53,723 bases of DNA from an uncultured Candidatus Saccharibacteria bacterium (GTDB taxonomy: Bacteria; Patescibacteriota; Minisyncoccia; Phycocordibacterales; UBA9973). Below, in pieces: positions 33,049 through 41,200 of this stretch (the stretch's first letter is position 1; the number at the start of each line of letters is the position of its first letter). Where the stretch lies: contig CAYSMH010000004.1 in the NCBI GenBank assembly GCA_964432275.1, positions 1 through 53,723 of the forward strand, written 5' to 3'. Both the position numbers and the translations under genes were made by a program. The notes beneath the pieces are model-generated. The model was given only the letters and a program-made list of their open reading frames with translations. It was not told the origin of the DNA and searched no databases.

Positions 33049-33483
33049 ATGAAAAAAATCGCTCTCACATCACGCCTCGCTGCATTTGGTATGGCACTTG
33101 CTGTCCCAGCACTCGCGCTTGCGCAAACTTGGCCAACTAGTACCACAGGTACTGCAGATACGACATATGTTGATACATGGCTCAACAAGGGTCTACAATG
33201 GCTCTCACAAGCTATCACTGTAGTGATGGTGCTCATGACACTTTGGTTCTTGATCAATGTGTTCCGGTATGTAATGGAAAAAGATGCAGGCAAGCTTGCG
33301 GAAAAGCGCAAAGTCATGTTCAACGGCTTGATCGGTCTCTTTATTGCAGTATCAGTATGGGGTATCATTCGTATTGCTGGTAATGTGTTTGGTACCAACA
33401 ATGCTGCTACTCCAAACTTGGTATGCCCTCCTGGTGCTGAGTACAACACTTACACTAAGCGTTGCGAAGTTCCACGACTATAA
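33049..33483 (+). CDS. Pilin-like protein (TrbC/VirB2-type), short form
   Basis: Signal peptide, then VVMVLMTLWFLINVFRYVMEKDAGKLAEKRKVMFNGLIGLFIAVSVWGII. Confidence 0.6.
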   Translation: MKKIALTSRLAAFGMALAVPALALAQTWPTSTTGTADTTYVDTWLNKGLQWLSQAITVVMVLMTLWFLINVFRYVMEKDAGKLAEKRKVMFNGLIGLFIAVSVWGIIRIAGNVFGTNNAATPNLVCPPGAEYNTYTKRCEVPRL

Positions 33484-33489
33484 TCTCTC

Positions 33490-33822
33490 ATGTTGATCGC
33501 ATACGCTGACTCGCTCGACGACTTCCTCTTTCGGCTGAATGCCAAGGTAGTCAACCCTGCTATTGAATTCGCATTTATTATTGCGTTCGTCGTGTTCATG
33601 TGGGGAGTACTTGAGTACATACGCGGTGCAGGAAATGAAGAAAAACGCTCCAAGGGTAGACAGCATATGCTCTGGGGGGTGATAGGGTTTGTGATTATGT
33701 TTGGAGTGTTTGGGATTATGACACTTCTAACCCGGACCTTTGGGATCAAGGGTGGTACATTCACCAACGACCAGCAAACGTTTACCCCGCCCACTATCCA
33801 AGAACTCAAAATCCCCGAATAA
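33490..33822 (+). CDS. Pilin-like protein (TrbC/VirB2-type), short form without an obvious signal peptide
   Basis: AFIIAFVVFMWGVLEYIRGAGNEEKRSKGRQHMLWGVIGFVIMFGVFGIM. Confidence 0.55.
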   Translation: MLIAYADSLDDFLFRLNAKVVNPAIEFAFIIAFVVFMWGVLEYIRGAGNEEKRSKGRQHMLWGVIGFVIMFGVFGIMTLLTRTFGIKGGTFTNDQQTFTPPTIQELKIPE

Positions 33823-33852
33823 AAAAACGCCGCTTATCACTAAGCGGCGTTA
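33821..33852. terminator. Terminator between convergent genes
   Basis: 10-bp stem ACGCCGCTTA/TAAGCGGCGT, 4-nt loop, preceded by A7. Confidence 0.65.
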
Positions 33853-33867
33853 CTCGTTTGCAAAGAA

Positions 33868-34473
33868 CTATTTCAGGTATGCAGTGTATGTTACGTTCAC
33901 CGTTTTATCACTGATTAGTTTGGCATGTATGTGCCCGTAGGGTATTGTGCCTGTATAATCGTACTGCCTATACCCAGGTACACTGTCGGCATCTCTCCAT
34001 GCTTGGTACATGTAGTGACTACTGCGATCCTTGGTGTAGATGAATACTGTAATGGTGTCGTGAATGTTCACTGGGAGCCAGTATTTCTGTAGAGGCTCAC
34101 TTTTCCATGTGTGCACGGTACCGGGTTGCCATGTGAATTCTTCGCCGAGACGGAGACTCTCTGGTCCTGTACCAGTCACAGCTGAGACATGTTGTGTTTG
34201 CAACATATCTGTTTTGATTGAGTGACTACTGTACTGTATTGGAGCAGGGGGTGATGTAGGTCGATTGTCCCGCCAGCCAAGAAAGTATACTAGGAAAAAT
34301 AAAATAATTCCTATGCCTGCTCCTACACCCAAAGCTTTTAATAACCACAAAGGTGTTTTTTTAAAGGTATCAATAGTTCCTCTCCATGAGTTTTTAAACT
34401 TGATACGTTTCTTGTTATTGATATAGTATCCTATGCCAACAACAATGAAAATCGTAATGAGTGTTACTATCAT
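33868..34473 (-). CDS. Membrane-anchored hypothetical protein (201 aa)
   Basis: Two N-terminal TM helices and a beta-rich C-domain. The start overlaps the stop of the upstream gene (ATGA). Confidence 0.55.
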   Translation of the reverse strand: MIVTLITIFIVVGIGYYINNKKRIKFKNSWRGTIDTFKKTPLWLLKALGVGAGIGIILFFLVYFLGWRDNRPTSPPAPIQYSSHSIKTDMLQTQHVSAVTGTGPESLRLGEEFTWQPGTVHTWKSEPLQKYWLPVNIHDTITVFIYTKDRSSHYMYQAWRDADSVPGYRQYDYTGTIPYGHIHAKLISDKTVNVTYTAYLK

Positions 34474-35696
34474 TTTTTATGTCCTCCTTTTTTTGATTTT
34501 TCACCCTCGTCTTTTGTTGCATCTCTGATTTCATCTGCAGCATCCAGTGCGAGAGTTGTGTTGATGATGTCATTTACGTTTACTGGCTGAACTGCACCGG
34601 GACCCTGCTGTCCCTCGATGAGTACACGAAGGTTTGGTTGAGCCGCAGCTTTTTTCACCACAGTAAGATTTTCTGTTTGCATCAGATCTTTCTGGGCTTC
34701 TTTGTTTGCATTGATAATATCGATTGCAACTCCTTTTTTAACTTGAAGTTGTTTGTCTAATGCTTGTGCATTGTTGTCAGCAGTATTGAGGTTAATTTTT
34801 GATGTTGCATTTAATTGTAATGCATCTACAAAACCACGAGATTCTTCGTTAATATCATAATCAATGAGTGTGATATTAATCAAATACACCCCTAAACGTT
34901 GAACAAAAAGTATTTCATAGTTTATACGATCAAGAAACGTGATTGTTTCTTTACGCTTTCCACTAGAATCTGCATAATAAAATACTTTTGTACCATCTTT
35001 TATGAGTGTTTGCTCAAAAGGCTCTGTGTTTACTACAGGGTAGTTGGACAGTTTTTCGCCACGAATATTTGCAAGGTCAGCGTATATCATTTTAGATATG
35101 ACTTCACCTAATGTACCAAATATCGCGGCTTGTAAACTACTGTGCCATTTTCCAGAGTTTCTGTAGCGAGCTTCGAATGGAGAATCCATTTTCACTGTTG
35201 CTTGGATGCTTGCATCAATTTTGATATTTTCTGGATTTACACCAGCTTTCAAATTTTTCTTTTCAAGCATAGCTTGTTCTGTTTCTCCTGTTTCAAGACG
35301 TTTTACTTCAAAACGATAGTTGTACTCATCTCGGTGATGGTTCGTGATTTCTTTTCTGTGAAAAGAAATTTCAGTATCCTTTTTAGGATTACCCCCGACG
35401 ATGTGTTTGTCGCCTTCAGTAACTTCACTACTTTTTCGTGGCTCTACCCACTCAAACTCGTATATGTCAACTTTTTGAAAAGGCCACCATATCCAGGTAA
35501 ATAAATTTTTATTTATTCCGTTGATTAAACGCTTGGTTTTTTTGTCGTAGATACGATCCGCGACACCACTAATGGTGCGTAGAAAGCGCCCAAACATTGT
35601 GATGTTTTTGTGGCGACCTTCTTCGTTGAGAACAAGGCACATCCAGATCCATAAAATGAATAAGCCGATAAGGGCTCCAGTTACTACTGATTCCAT
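34470..35696 (-). CDS. Membrane-anchored protein, possibly SPFH/band-7-like with insertions
   Basis: N-terminal TM helix, beta-rich core and a C-terminal Ala/Gln/Lys-rich helical region. The assignment is tentative. Confidence 0.4.
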   Translation of the reverse strand: MESVVTGALIGLFILWIWMCLVLNEEGRHKNITMFGRFLRTISGVADRIYDKKTKRLINGINKNLFTWIWWPFQKVDIYEFEWVEPRKSSEVTEGDKHIVGGNPKKDTEISFHRKEITNHHRDEYNYRFEVKRLETGETEQAMLEKKNLKAGVNPENIKIDASIQATVKMDSPFEARYRNSGKWHSSLQAAIFGTLGEVISKMIYADLANIRGEKLSNYPVVNTEPFEQTLIKDGTKVFYYADSSGKRKETITFLDRINYEILFVQRLGVYLINITLIDYDINEESRGFVDALQLNATSKINLNTADNNAQALDKQLQVKKGVAIDIINANKEAQKDLMQTENLTVVKKAAAQPNLRVLIEGQQGPGAVQPVNVNDIINTTLALDAADEIRDATKDEGEKSKKGGHKK

Positions 35697-35829
35697 ATGT
35701 TTTTTTGTTTTTATTTTTTTAAAGAATGTTGTTTAAATGTTTGATTATTTTATAACAAATATATAGATTTTGTCAATAAAAAAAACCGTCTCCATAAGGA
35801 AACGGTTGTGAGTGTGTTTCGATCGTAAT

Positions 35830-36432
35830 TTACTTAATCCATTTTTCTCCACGATTGTTTGTGTTGAACCCGATTTCACCAAGACGGTGATATCCAGGGA
35901 ACCAGATATCAAGTGTAGAGATACCTGGAGAGCTAACCCAGTATCCAGATATTGATACAAGGGTAGGGATAGTGGGACGTAATACTCCATTGACATATGT
36001 CAGCCTTGATAGCATCACATATCCTCTTCCCGAGGAAGCGGTCATACCTACTTCCTGATTGTATATTCCTGGACCTGCGGTTGTTGAACCGTCACGGTTG
36101 GTTTGGATATACGATGCCCTGCCTACAGGTACTACCATTGCGATGGTACCAGCTTTACCTTGCCCGTTAGGCAGTAGTGCCCCGGTGACGCCGTCGTATG
36201 CAGGTTCAATAACCCATTGCATACTAGCAGTAGTACCGTTTGCAAACATGATAGTACTTGTCTGGTTGCCATTATCAAGTGCAACAATAGTTGGACGAAT
36301 ATCTTGGGGTGGCAGTGTCATTCTGCGAACATCATTTAAGGTCGGTTGACCATAGGCACCCGCGTTGGGGTTGCAGCTCATGAGAGTGAATGCGGTAATT
36401 GCGATCATTACAAAGAACAGTATTTTTTTCAT
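35830..36432 (-). CDS. Lipoprotein (200 aa)
   Basis: Signal peptide plus lipobox (FTLMSC). Confidence 0.65.
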   Translation of the reverse strand: MKKILFFVMIAITAFTLMSCNPNAGAYGQPTLNDVRRMTLPPQDIRPTIVALDNGNQTSTIMFANGTTASMQWVIEPAYDGVTGALLPNGQGKAGTIAMVVPVGRASYIQTNRDGSTTAGPGIYNQEVGMTASSGRGYVMLSRLTYVNGVLRPTIPTLVSISGYWVSSPGISTLDIWFPGYHRLGEIGFNTNNRGEKWIK

Positions 36433-36463
36433 CTTAGTAGTTTTTATTGTTTATAAATAAATT

Positions 36464-36517
36464 GTTAATTGTTTCAGTCGTCCAACAGGGCTGTGCGAGA
36501 TAACTGAAACAATTAAC
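36464..36517 (-). promoter_or_regulatory. 5' UTR hairpin of the lipoprotein gene
   Basis: 14-bp perfect inverted repeat GTTAATTGTTTCAG / CTGAAACAATTAAC with a 26-nt loop, between the promoter and the start codon. Confidence 0.5.
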
Positions 36518-36540
36518 TACTACTTCATGATTCTGAGTAT

Positions 36541-36569
36541 ATTATAGCAAATATATATGTATTTGTCAA
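36541..36569 (-). promoter_or_regulatory. Consensus sigma70 promoter
   Basis: On the minus strand: TTGACA-N17-TATAAT (perfect consensus). Confidence 0.7.
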
Positions 36570-36657
36570 GCGGTTTCGATATACCCCATTTTATAGGGGA
36601 AATGGGCTTGGAAAAGGCTTATTTTTAAGGTATTATGGGCTGTGCCAGAGCGAAATC

Positions 36658-36739
36658 GCTGGAGTGGCGGAATTGGTATACGCGCTGGTCTTAGGAACCA
36701 GTGCCGCAAGGCTTAAGGGTTCAAGTCCCTTCTCCAGCA
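36658..36739 (+). tRNA. tRNA-Leu (TAG)
   Basis: Acceptor GCTGGAG/CTCCAGC, anticodon loop CTTAGGA, long variable arm, T-arm AAGGG-TTCAAGT-CCCTT. Confidence 0.9.
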
Positions 36740-36748
36740 CAGTATAAT

Positions 36749-36821
36749 GCCTCTATAGCTCAGTTGGTAGAGCAGCTCCCTCTTAAGGAGACGGTCGCAG
36801 GTTCGAGCCCTGCTAGGGGCA
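36749..36821 (+). tRNA. tRNA-Lys (CTT)
   Basis: Acceptor GCCTCTA/TAGGGGC, anticodon loop CTCTTAA, T-arm GCAGG-TTCGAGC-CCTGC. Confidence 0.9.
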
Positions 36822-36822
36822 C

Positions 36823-36860
36823 AAAACAAAAACATCCTCATGTAAGGATGTTTTTGTTTT
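36823..36860. terminator. Bidirectional terminator between convergent tRNA genes
   Basis: 16-bp perfect stem AAAACAAAAACATCCT/AGGATGTTTTTGTTTT. Confidence 0.75.
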
Positions 36861-36863
36861 GTA

Positions 36864-36949
36864 TGGTGCCCGGGGTGGGACTCGAACCCACACGACATTT
36901 CTGTCTGAGGATTTTAAGTCCTCTATGTCTACCATTCCATCACCCGGGC
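36864..36949 (-). tRNA. tRNA-Leu (TAA)
   Basis: Acceptor GCCCGGG/CCCGGGC, anticodon loop CTTAAAA, long variable arm; CCA is encoded. Confidence 0.9.
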
Positions 36950-36975
36950 ACTATATCGTTATCAAGTAGTCGGGG

Positions 36976-37047
36976 AGACCCGGGCGAGAATCGAACTCGC
37001 GTATAGTTCTTTTGCAGAGAACCGCCTTACCACTTGGCCACCGGGTC
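36976..37047 (-). tRNA. tRNA-Cys (GCA)
   Basis: Acceptor GACCCGG/CCGGGTC, anticodon loop CTGCAAA, discriminator U. Confidence 0.88.
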
Positions 37048-37365
37048 TTATTGTCGTAACAGAGCTTCTATAGTGTGGAGCGCTTTTTGTCCACTGTCAA
37101 TCTGTACATCAAGAAATGGAATTGTGCGGACATTGAGGTGTGCTTTCACTGCATCTCGCATATCGGCACGTTTGCGTTTGAGGAAGTTGAGGGCAGAATC
37201 TTCGCCGTCCTCAGGCATGACTGAGATATAGATCATAGCGCTGCGGCCACGATCGGCGAGTTCGACACGGGTCACCGTAATGAGTGCTGTTTTGTTGCTC
37301 TCGCGTTCGATGAACCGCGCAGCTGCTTCTCTGATTGCTTCTTGAATTTTCTCGTTGCGTTCCAT
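37048..37365 (-). CDS. rbfA: Ribosome-binding factor A
   Basis: 105 aa. ITVTRVELADRGRSAMIYISV and TIPFLDVQID are typical of RbfA. It lies directly downstream of infB. Confidence 0.85.
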   Translation of the reverse strand: MERNEKIQEAIREAAARFIERESNKTALITVTRVELADRGRSAMIYISVMPEDGEDSALNFLKRKRADMRDAVKAHLNVRTIPFLDVQIDSGQKALHTIEALLRQ

Positions 37366-37366
37366 A

Positions 37367-38845
37367 CTAGACTGTTTTCATAATAAATACTTCAAGCACA
37401 TCACCAGCGGCGATGTCGTGTTTGCATTCGATTTGGAGACCACACTCACCATCGGTCACGTCTTTGACTTTTTGTTTTGCTTGCTGGATTTCGATAATAC
37501 GCGCTTCGGCAAGCGGGAAGTCTCGGCGAATCACTGTTGCTTTTGCGCCGACAGTGATCGTGCCACTCGTGACACGACACCCAACAACGTGGCGATCTTT
37601 GGTACTTGAAAATGTCTTGAGGACTTTCATTGTACCAATAACTTCACGAGTTTCTACTCGTGGGCGACGACGTTCGAGTTCTTCGGCAAGCCATTCAGTG
37701 AGTTTGTAGATAATGTCGAATGTTTCGACGCGCGCGCCCACCGTTTCATTGGCACTGCGGGCGCGCGCGTCTAGTCCCACATTAAACCCTAGCACGATAG
37801 ATTCTTTGTCTGATTGTGCAAGTCGAATATCGCCTTCACTGATAACACCTACCCCTTTACCGATAATTTTGAGATGGAGTCCTTCGACTTGCATTTTTGC
37901 GATTTCACCAGCGATTGCTTCTGCGGTGCCATATACATCTGTTTTGATAATGAGAGGAACAACTTTGTGATCACCACTGATTGCCATGGATTCATTTGCG
38001 CTCTCAGTAGCCTGTTCTTCGACGAAATCTTCAGCATCACGTTTTTTATCAAAGACGTGGATCATCGTACCTACTACAGGTGCACTGTCAAAACCAACAA
38101 GATGCACAGGAGTACCGGGACCAGCACTTCGTAGTGCTTTGCCGAGGAAGTTTTCCATAATACGTGTAGTGGTGATAGCGGTACCAGCCACGACAAACTG
38201 ACCACTCGTGAGTGTACCTTGCTTGATAACGATCGTAGCACTCACTCCACGTTTAGGGTCAAGCTTGCTTTCGATGACTATACCGCGTGCGGTACCTGTA
38301 GGGTCGTTGGGGATACTTTCAAGGTCTGCAACTAGGAGTATGGTGTCGAGGAGTTCAGGTATACCGGTACCTACTTTTGCAGAGACTGCAACCCACGGAA
38401 TCGTGCCGCCGTATCCTTCGACGAGTACTTCGTGTTCAGCAAGCATTTGCTTTGTGCGTTCGATGTTTGCTTCGGGCCGATCAACTTTGTTGATAGTAAC
38501 TATATAGGGGATGTTTGCAGAACGGATAGTATTGAGCGCTTCGATGGTCTGCGCTTTGACACCGTCTTCTGCAGAGACAACAAGAATCGCAATATCTGCT
38601 GCAGTCGCACCGCGTTCACGCATACCGGTAAATGCTGCATGTCCCGGAGTATCGATAAACGTGATATGGCGATCAGTGCCTTGATATGGGATCGTGATTT
38701 CGTACGCACTCAAGTGCTGAGTGATACCGCCTGCTTCACCATCTACCACATTTGATTTGCGGATATAGTCGAGGAGTGTTGATTTACCATGGTCGATGTG
38801 ACCCATGACGGCAACTATTGGGGAGGCGAGAAGTGGTGTGTTCAT
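37367..38845 (-). CDS. infB: Translation initiation factor IF-2 (short form lacking the long N-terminal region)
   Basis: G-domain [25 protein letters not shown], followed by the IF-2 C-terminal domains. Confidence 0.92.
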   Translation of the reverse strand: MNTPLLASPIVAVMGHIDHGKSTLLDYIRKSNVVDGEAGGITQHLSAYEITIPYQGTDRHITFIDTPGHAAFTGMRERGATAADIAILVVSAEDGVKAQTIEALNTIRSANIPYIVTINKVDRPEANIERTKQMLAEHEVLVEGYGGTIPWVAVSAKVGTGIPELLDTILLVADLESIPNDPTGTARGIVIESKLDPKRGVSATIVIKQGTLTSGQFVVAGTAITTTRIMENFLGKALRSAGPGTPVHLVGFDSAPVVGTMIHVFDKKRDAEDFVEEQATESANESMAISGDHKVVPLIIKTDVYGTAEAIAGEIAKMQVEGLHLKIIGKGVGVISEGDIRLAQSDKESIVLGFNVGLDARARSANETVGARVETFDIIYKLTEWLAEELERRRPRVETREVIGTMKVLKTFSSTKDRHVVGCRVTSGTITVGAKATVIRRDFPLAEARIIEIQQAKQKVKDVTDGECGLQIECKHDIAAGDVLEVFIMKTV

Positions 38846-38849
38846 AATG

Positions 38850-39323
38850 TTAACTCAAATGTTTTTTAGCGTCGGCGAGGGCATCAGCTTCTTCGTTGGT
38901 AAGAGATACGTCGGGGATACCACGATTTACTTTCTTGGCGTAGACGCCGACGTGGTTGCGGTTGGTGATGACTGAAAGTATGTACCCATCTTGATGTTCA
39001 TCAAGTAATCCTGATGCAAAGCTTTGTTCTCCGCCAGCACTTTCGTATGCATTGTATCGCACAAGTGAGTATCCGCGAATCGAACGTTTGACACGTGCAT
39101 CAATATGTTCGAGACCTTCTTTGTGTGCTTCGAGGGTTTCATCAGTTGCAGCAGCTTTGTGTGTGAGCCACGCGAGTGTTGACTCAAGTGATGCGCCATC
39201 TTTACCTGCCATAAATGATCGAAGTGTGGTACGGAGTTTCAGTACTACGACAAGGAGTGTTACCACGAGCACAAAGAGGAATATAGCGACCACGATGATG
39301 CTTGATGGTATACTGCCCAACAT
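38850..39323 (-). CDS. DUF4446-like membrane-anchored protein
   Basis: N-terminal TM helix, then RGYSLVRYNAYESAGGEQSFASGLLDEHQDGYILSVITNRN. Confidence 0.6.
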   Translation of the reverse strand: MLGSIPSSIIVVAIFLFVLVVTLLVVVLKLRTTLRSFMAGKDGASLESTLAWLTHKAAATDETLEAHKEGLEHIDARVKRSIRGYSLVRYNAYESAGGEQSFASGLLDEHQDGYILSVITNRNHVGVYAKKVNRGIPDVSLTNEEADALADAKKHLS

Positions 39324-39348
39324 AGAACGCTATTATACTGATTTTTCC

Positions 39349-40530
39349 ATGTTTTTCAAGCTTTTCACCAAACGCACTTATTTGGATTATGCATCAAGTA
39401 CACCACTTGATACGCATATGATGCGTTCACTGTCGCCTATAAAAAAGTCTGTTGTAGGTGCGAACCCGCACGCACTTCACAAAGAGGGAGTACTTGCACG
39501 CACAATACTGCAAGATGCTCGTACAAAAGTTGCAAAAGTACTACAAGCACACTCAGATGAAATCGTTTTTACAAGCGGTGCAACGGAGAGTGACAACCTT
39601 GCGCTTGTGGGCACGATCAATCGTTTTCTGTATGAAGGAATACCTGCACACCAGATTGCTATTGCTATCAGCGATCTCGAGCACGCTGCGGTTATGGAAA
39701 GTGTTTCTCATTTGCGTGATAGTGGCGTGTTTACAATGACGATCCCGACGGAGAACGCAGGGGTACATCCAAAACATATTACGGTGCCAGACGGATGCAA
39801 AGTACTACTTGTTTCTATTATGTATGTTCATAACGAGATTGGTACAGTGCAACCGATCAAAGACATCGCAAAGCGTGTACGATATTTGCGTAAACAACAC
39901 CCAGATATCACAATCATTTTTCATACTGATGCAACACAGGCACCGGCACACTTCTCACTCAACGTCGCACAGCTTGGAGTAGACCTCATGACACTAGGCG
40001 CGACCAAACTCTACACCCACAAAGGGGTGGGTGTCTTGTATAAAAAGAGAAATATAACACTCTCGCCAATCATGTATGGTGGTGGACAAGAATTTGGATT
40101 GCGACCAGGTACAGAACCGATCGAGCTCATTCATGCATTTGCACATGCACTCGAGTATTCACAAACTATTCAGCAAACCGAAACAGATCGTATAAAAGAG
40201 TTGCAAACATATTTTGAAGAAAAGCTTGTACAAGAAATCCCTGAAGTGCATATCACCGCACGTGATCAAGAGCGCACGCCACACATCACGCATATTGCGA
40301 TCAAAAACTTTGATTCAGAACTGCTCGTCATCGAGCTCGATGCACAAGGGATCGCAGTGTCCGCAAAAAGTGCATGCAAAAATGAAGAAACAGGGGAGTC
40401 AGCGATTGTCGAAAAAATGTATGGTACAGGGTATGGCGCTGTACGGTTTTCATTTGGAAGAATGACCACTAAGAAAGATGTCGATAGGGCAGTGACTGTT
40501 TTAAAGAAAGTCTTGAAAAAATATGAGTAA
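39349..40530 (+). CDS. Cysteine desulfurase (class V aminotransferase, NifS/IscS-like)
   Basis: FTSGATESDNLA, HTDATQA, a PLP-Lys region GATKLYTHKGVGVLY and SAKSACK (active-site Cys). Start moved to MFFKLFTKRTYLDYAS. Confidence 0.82.
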   Translation: MFFKLFTKRTYLDYASSTPLDTHMMRSLSPIKKSVVGANPHALHKEGVLARTILQDARTKVAKVLQAHSDEIVFTSGATESDNLALVGTINRFLYEGIPAHQIAIAISDLEHAAVMESVSHLRDSGVFTMTIPTENAGVHPKHITVPDGCKVLLVSIMYVHNEIGTVQPIKDIAKRVRYLRKQHPDITIIFHTDATQAPAHFSLNVAQLGVDLMTLGATKLYTHKGVGVLYKKRNITLSPIMYGGGQEFGLRPGTEPIELIHAFAHALEYSQTIQQTETDRIKELQTYFEEKLVQEIPEVHITARDQERTPHITHIAIKNFDSELLVIELDAQGIAVSAKSACKNEETGESAIVEKMYGTGYGAVRFSFGRMTTKKDVDRAVTVLKKVLKKYE

Positions 40531-40603
40531 CGATACTATTGACTTTTAGTATTTTATATAATATAAGTATAGAAATTTGATCTTTCACAATAAAAAACTA
40601 AAC

Positions 40604-41020
40604 ATGAAAAAAATAGTATTTCTTGTTTTTGCAGTAACTGTGCTTTTATGTGGAGTTGCCAGTGCACAAGGATTTGAAGGTGGACACTTGACCATTACTT
40701 TTACAAATCACTTTGATAAAGTAAAAGAGGTATCAATCATCGGTAAGGATATGTACTTTGATGATTATAGACCCAATCCAGTAATTCTCCATGTAAAACG
40801 ACGGCTTAGTGATGGAGAAGGAAAAGCATATACATTTCTCTTGCTGAAAGATCCTACCAAGCTCAATCTGAGTCGTGCTGTTCCAAACCTTATTATCACA
40901 AAGAGTGGCACCATCATGTTGTTTTACAGCGATAAGACTAGGCAGTGGGAAGTCTTTTTTGCAGATAATGAAATCAACATAGATTATCCGTTGGGGTGCA
41001 GAGTATTTACACTTTCGTAA
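40604..41020 (+). CDS. Small secreted hypothetical protein
   Basis: Signal peptide MKKIVFLVFAVTVLLCGVASA. AT-rich, with its own TTGACT-N17-TATAAG promoter at 40539-40567. Confidence 0.55.
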   Translation: MKKIVFLVFAVTVLLCGVASAQGFEGGHLTITFTNHFDKVKEVSIIGKDMYFDDYRPNPVILHVKRRLSDGEGKAYTFLLLKDPTKLNLSRAVPNLIITKSGTIMLFYSDKTRQWEVFFADNEINIDYPLGCRVFTLS

Positions 41021-41200
41021 TCCTTTTGTGTAATCTATGTACCGTAAAAGCTCAGTCTTATGACTGGCTTTTTTTATTTTTTATACAGTAGAAAACCCTT
41101 GACTTTTGTGCTATAGTGTACCCATACAGCACCACTGCCCATCCACCGCTCTGACCGGCTGTCTTTTTCCTTATTCCACCTAATTTCTTTATTCATTATT

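Noticed and set aside
36701-37006. Track ORFs overlapping tRNA genes (36701-37006, 36713-36898, 43821-44072, 50933-51118)
   Set aside because: They are fully explained by tRNA genes and terminators. Peptides such as GLEPTRH are read-through of T-arm sequence.
41099-41125. A heat-shock operator (CIRCE or CtsR box) upstream of clpB
   Set aside because: There is no TTAGCACTC-N9-GAGTGCTAA and no GGTCAAA tandem repeat. Only the generic TTGACTTTT -35-like element is present.
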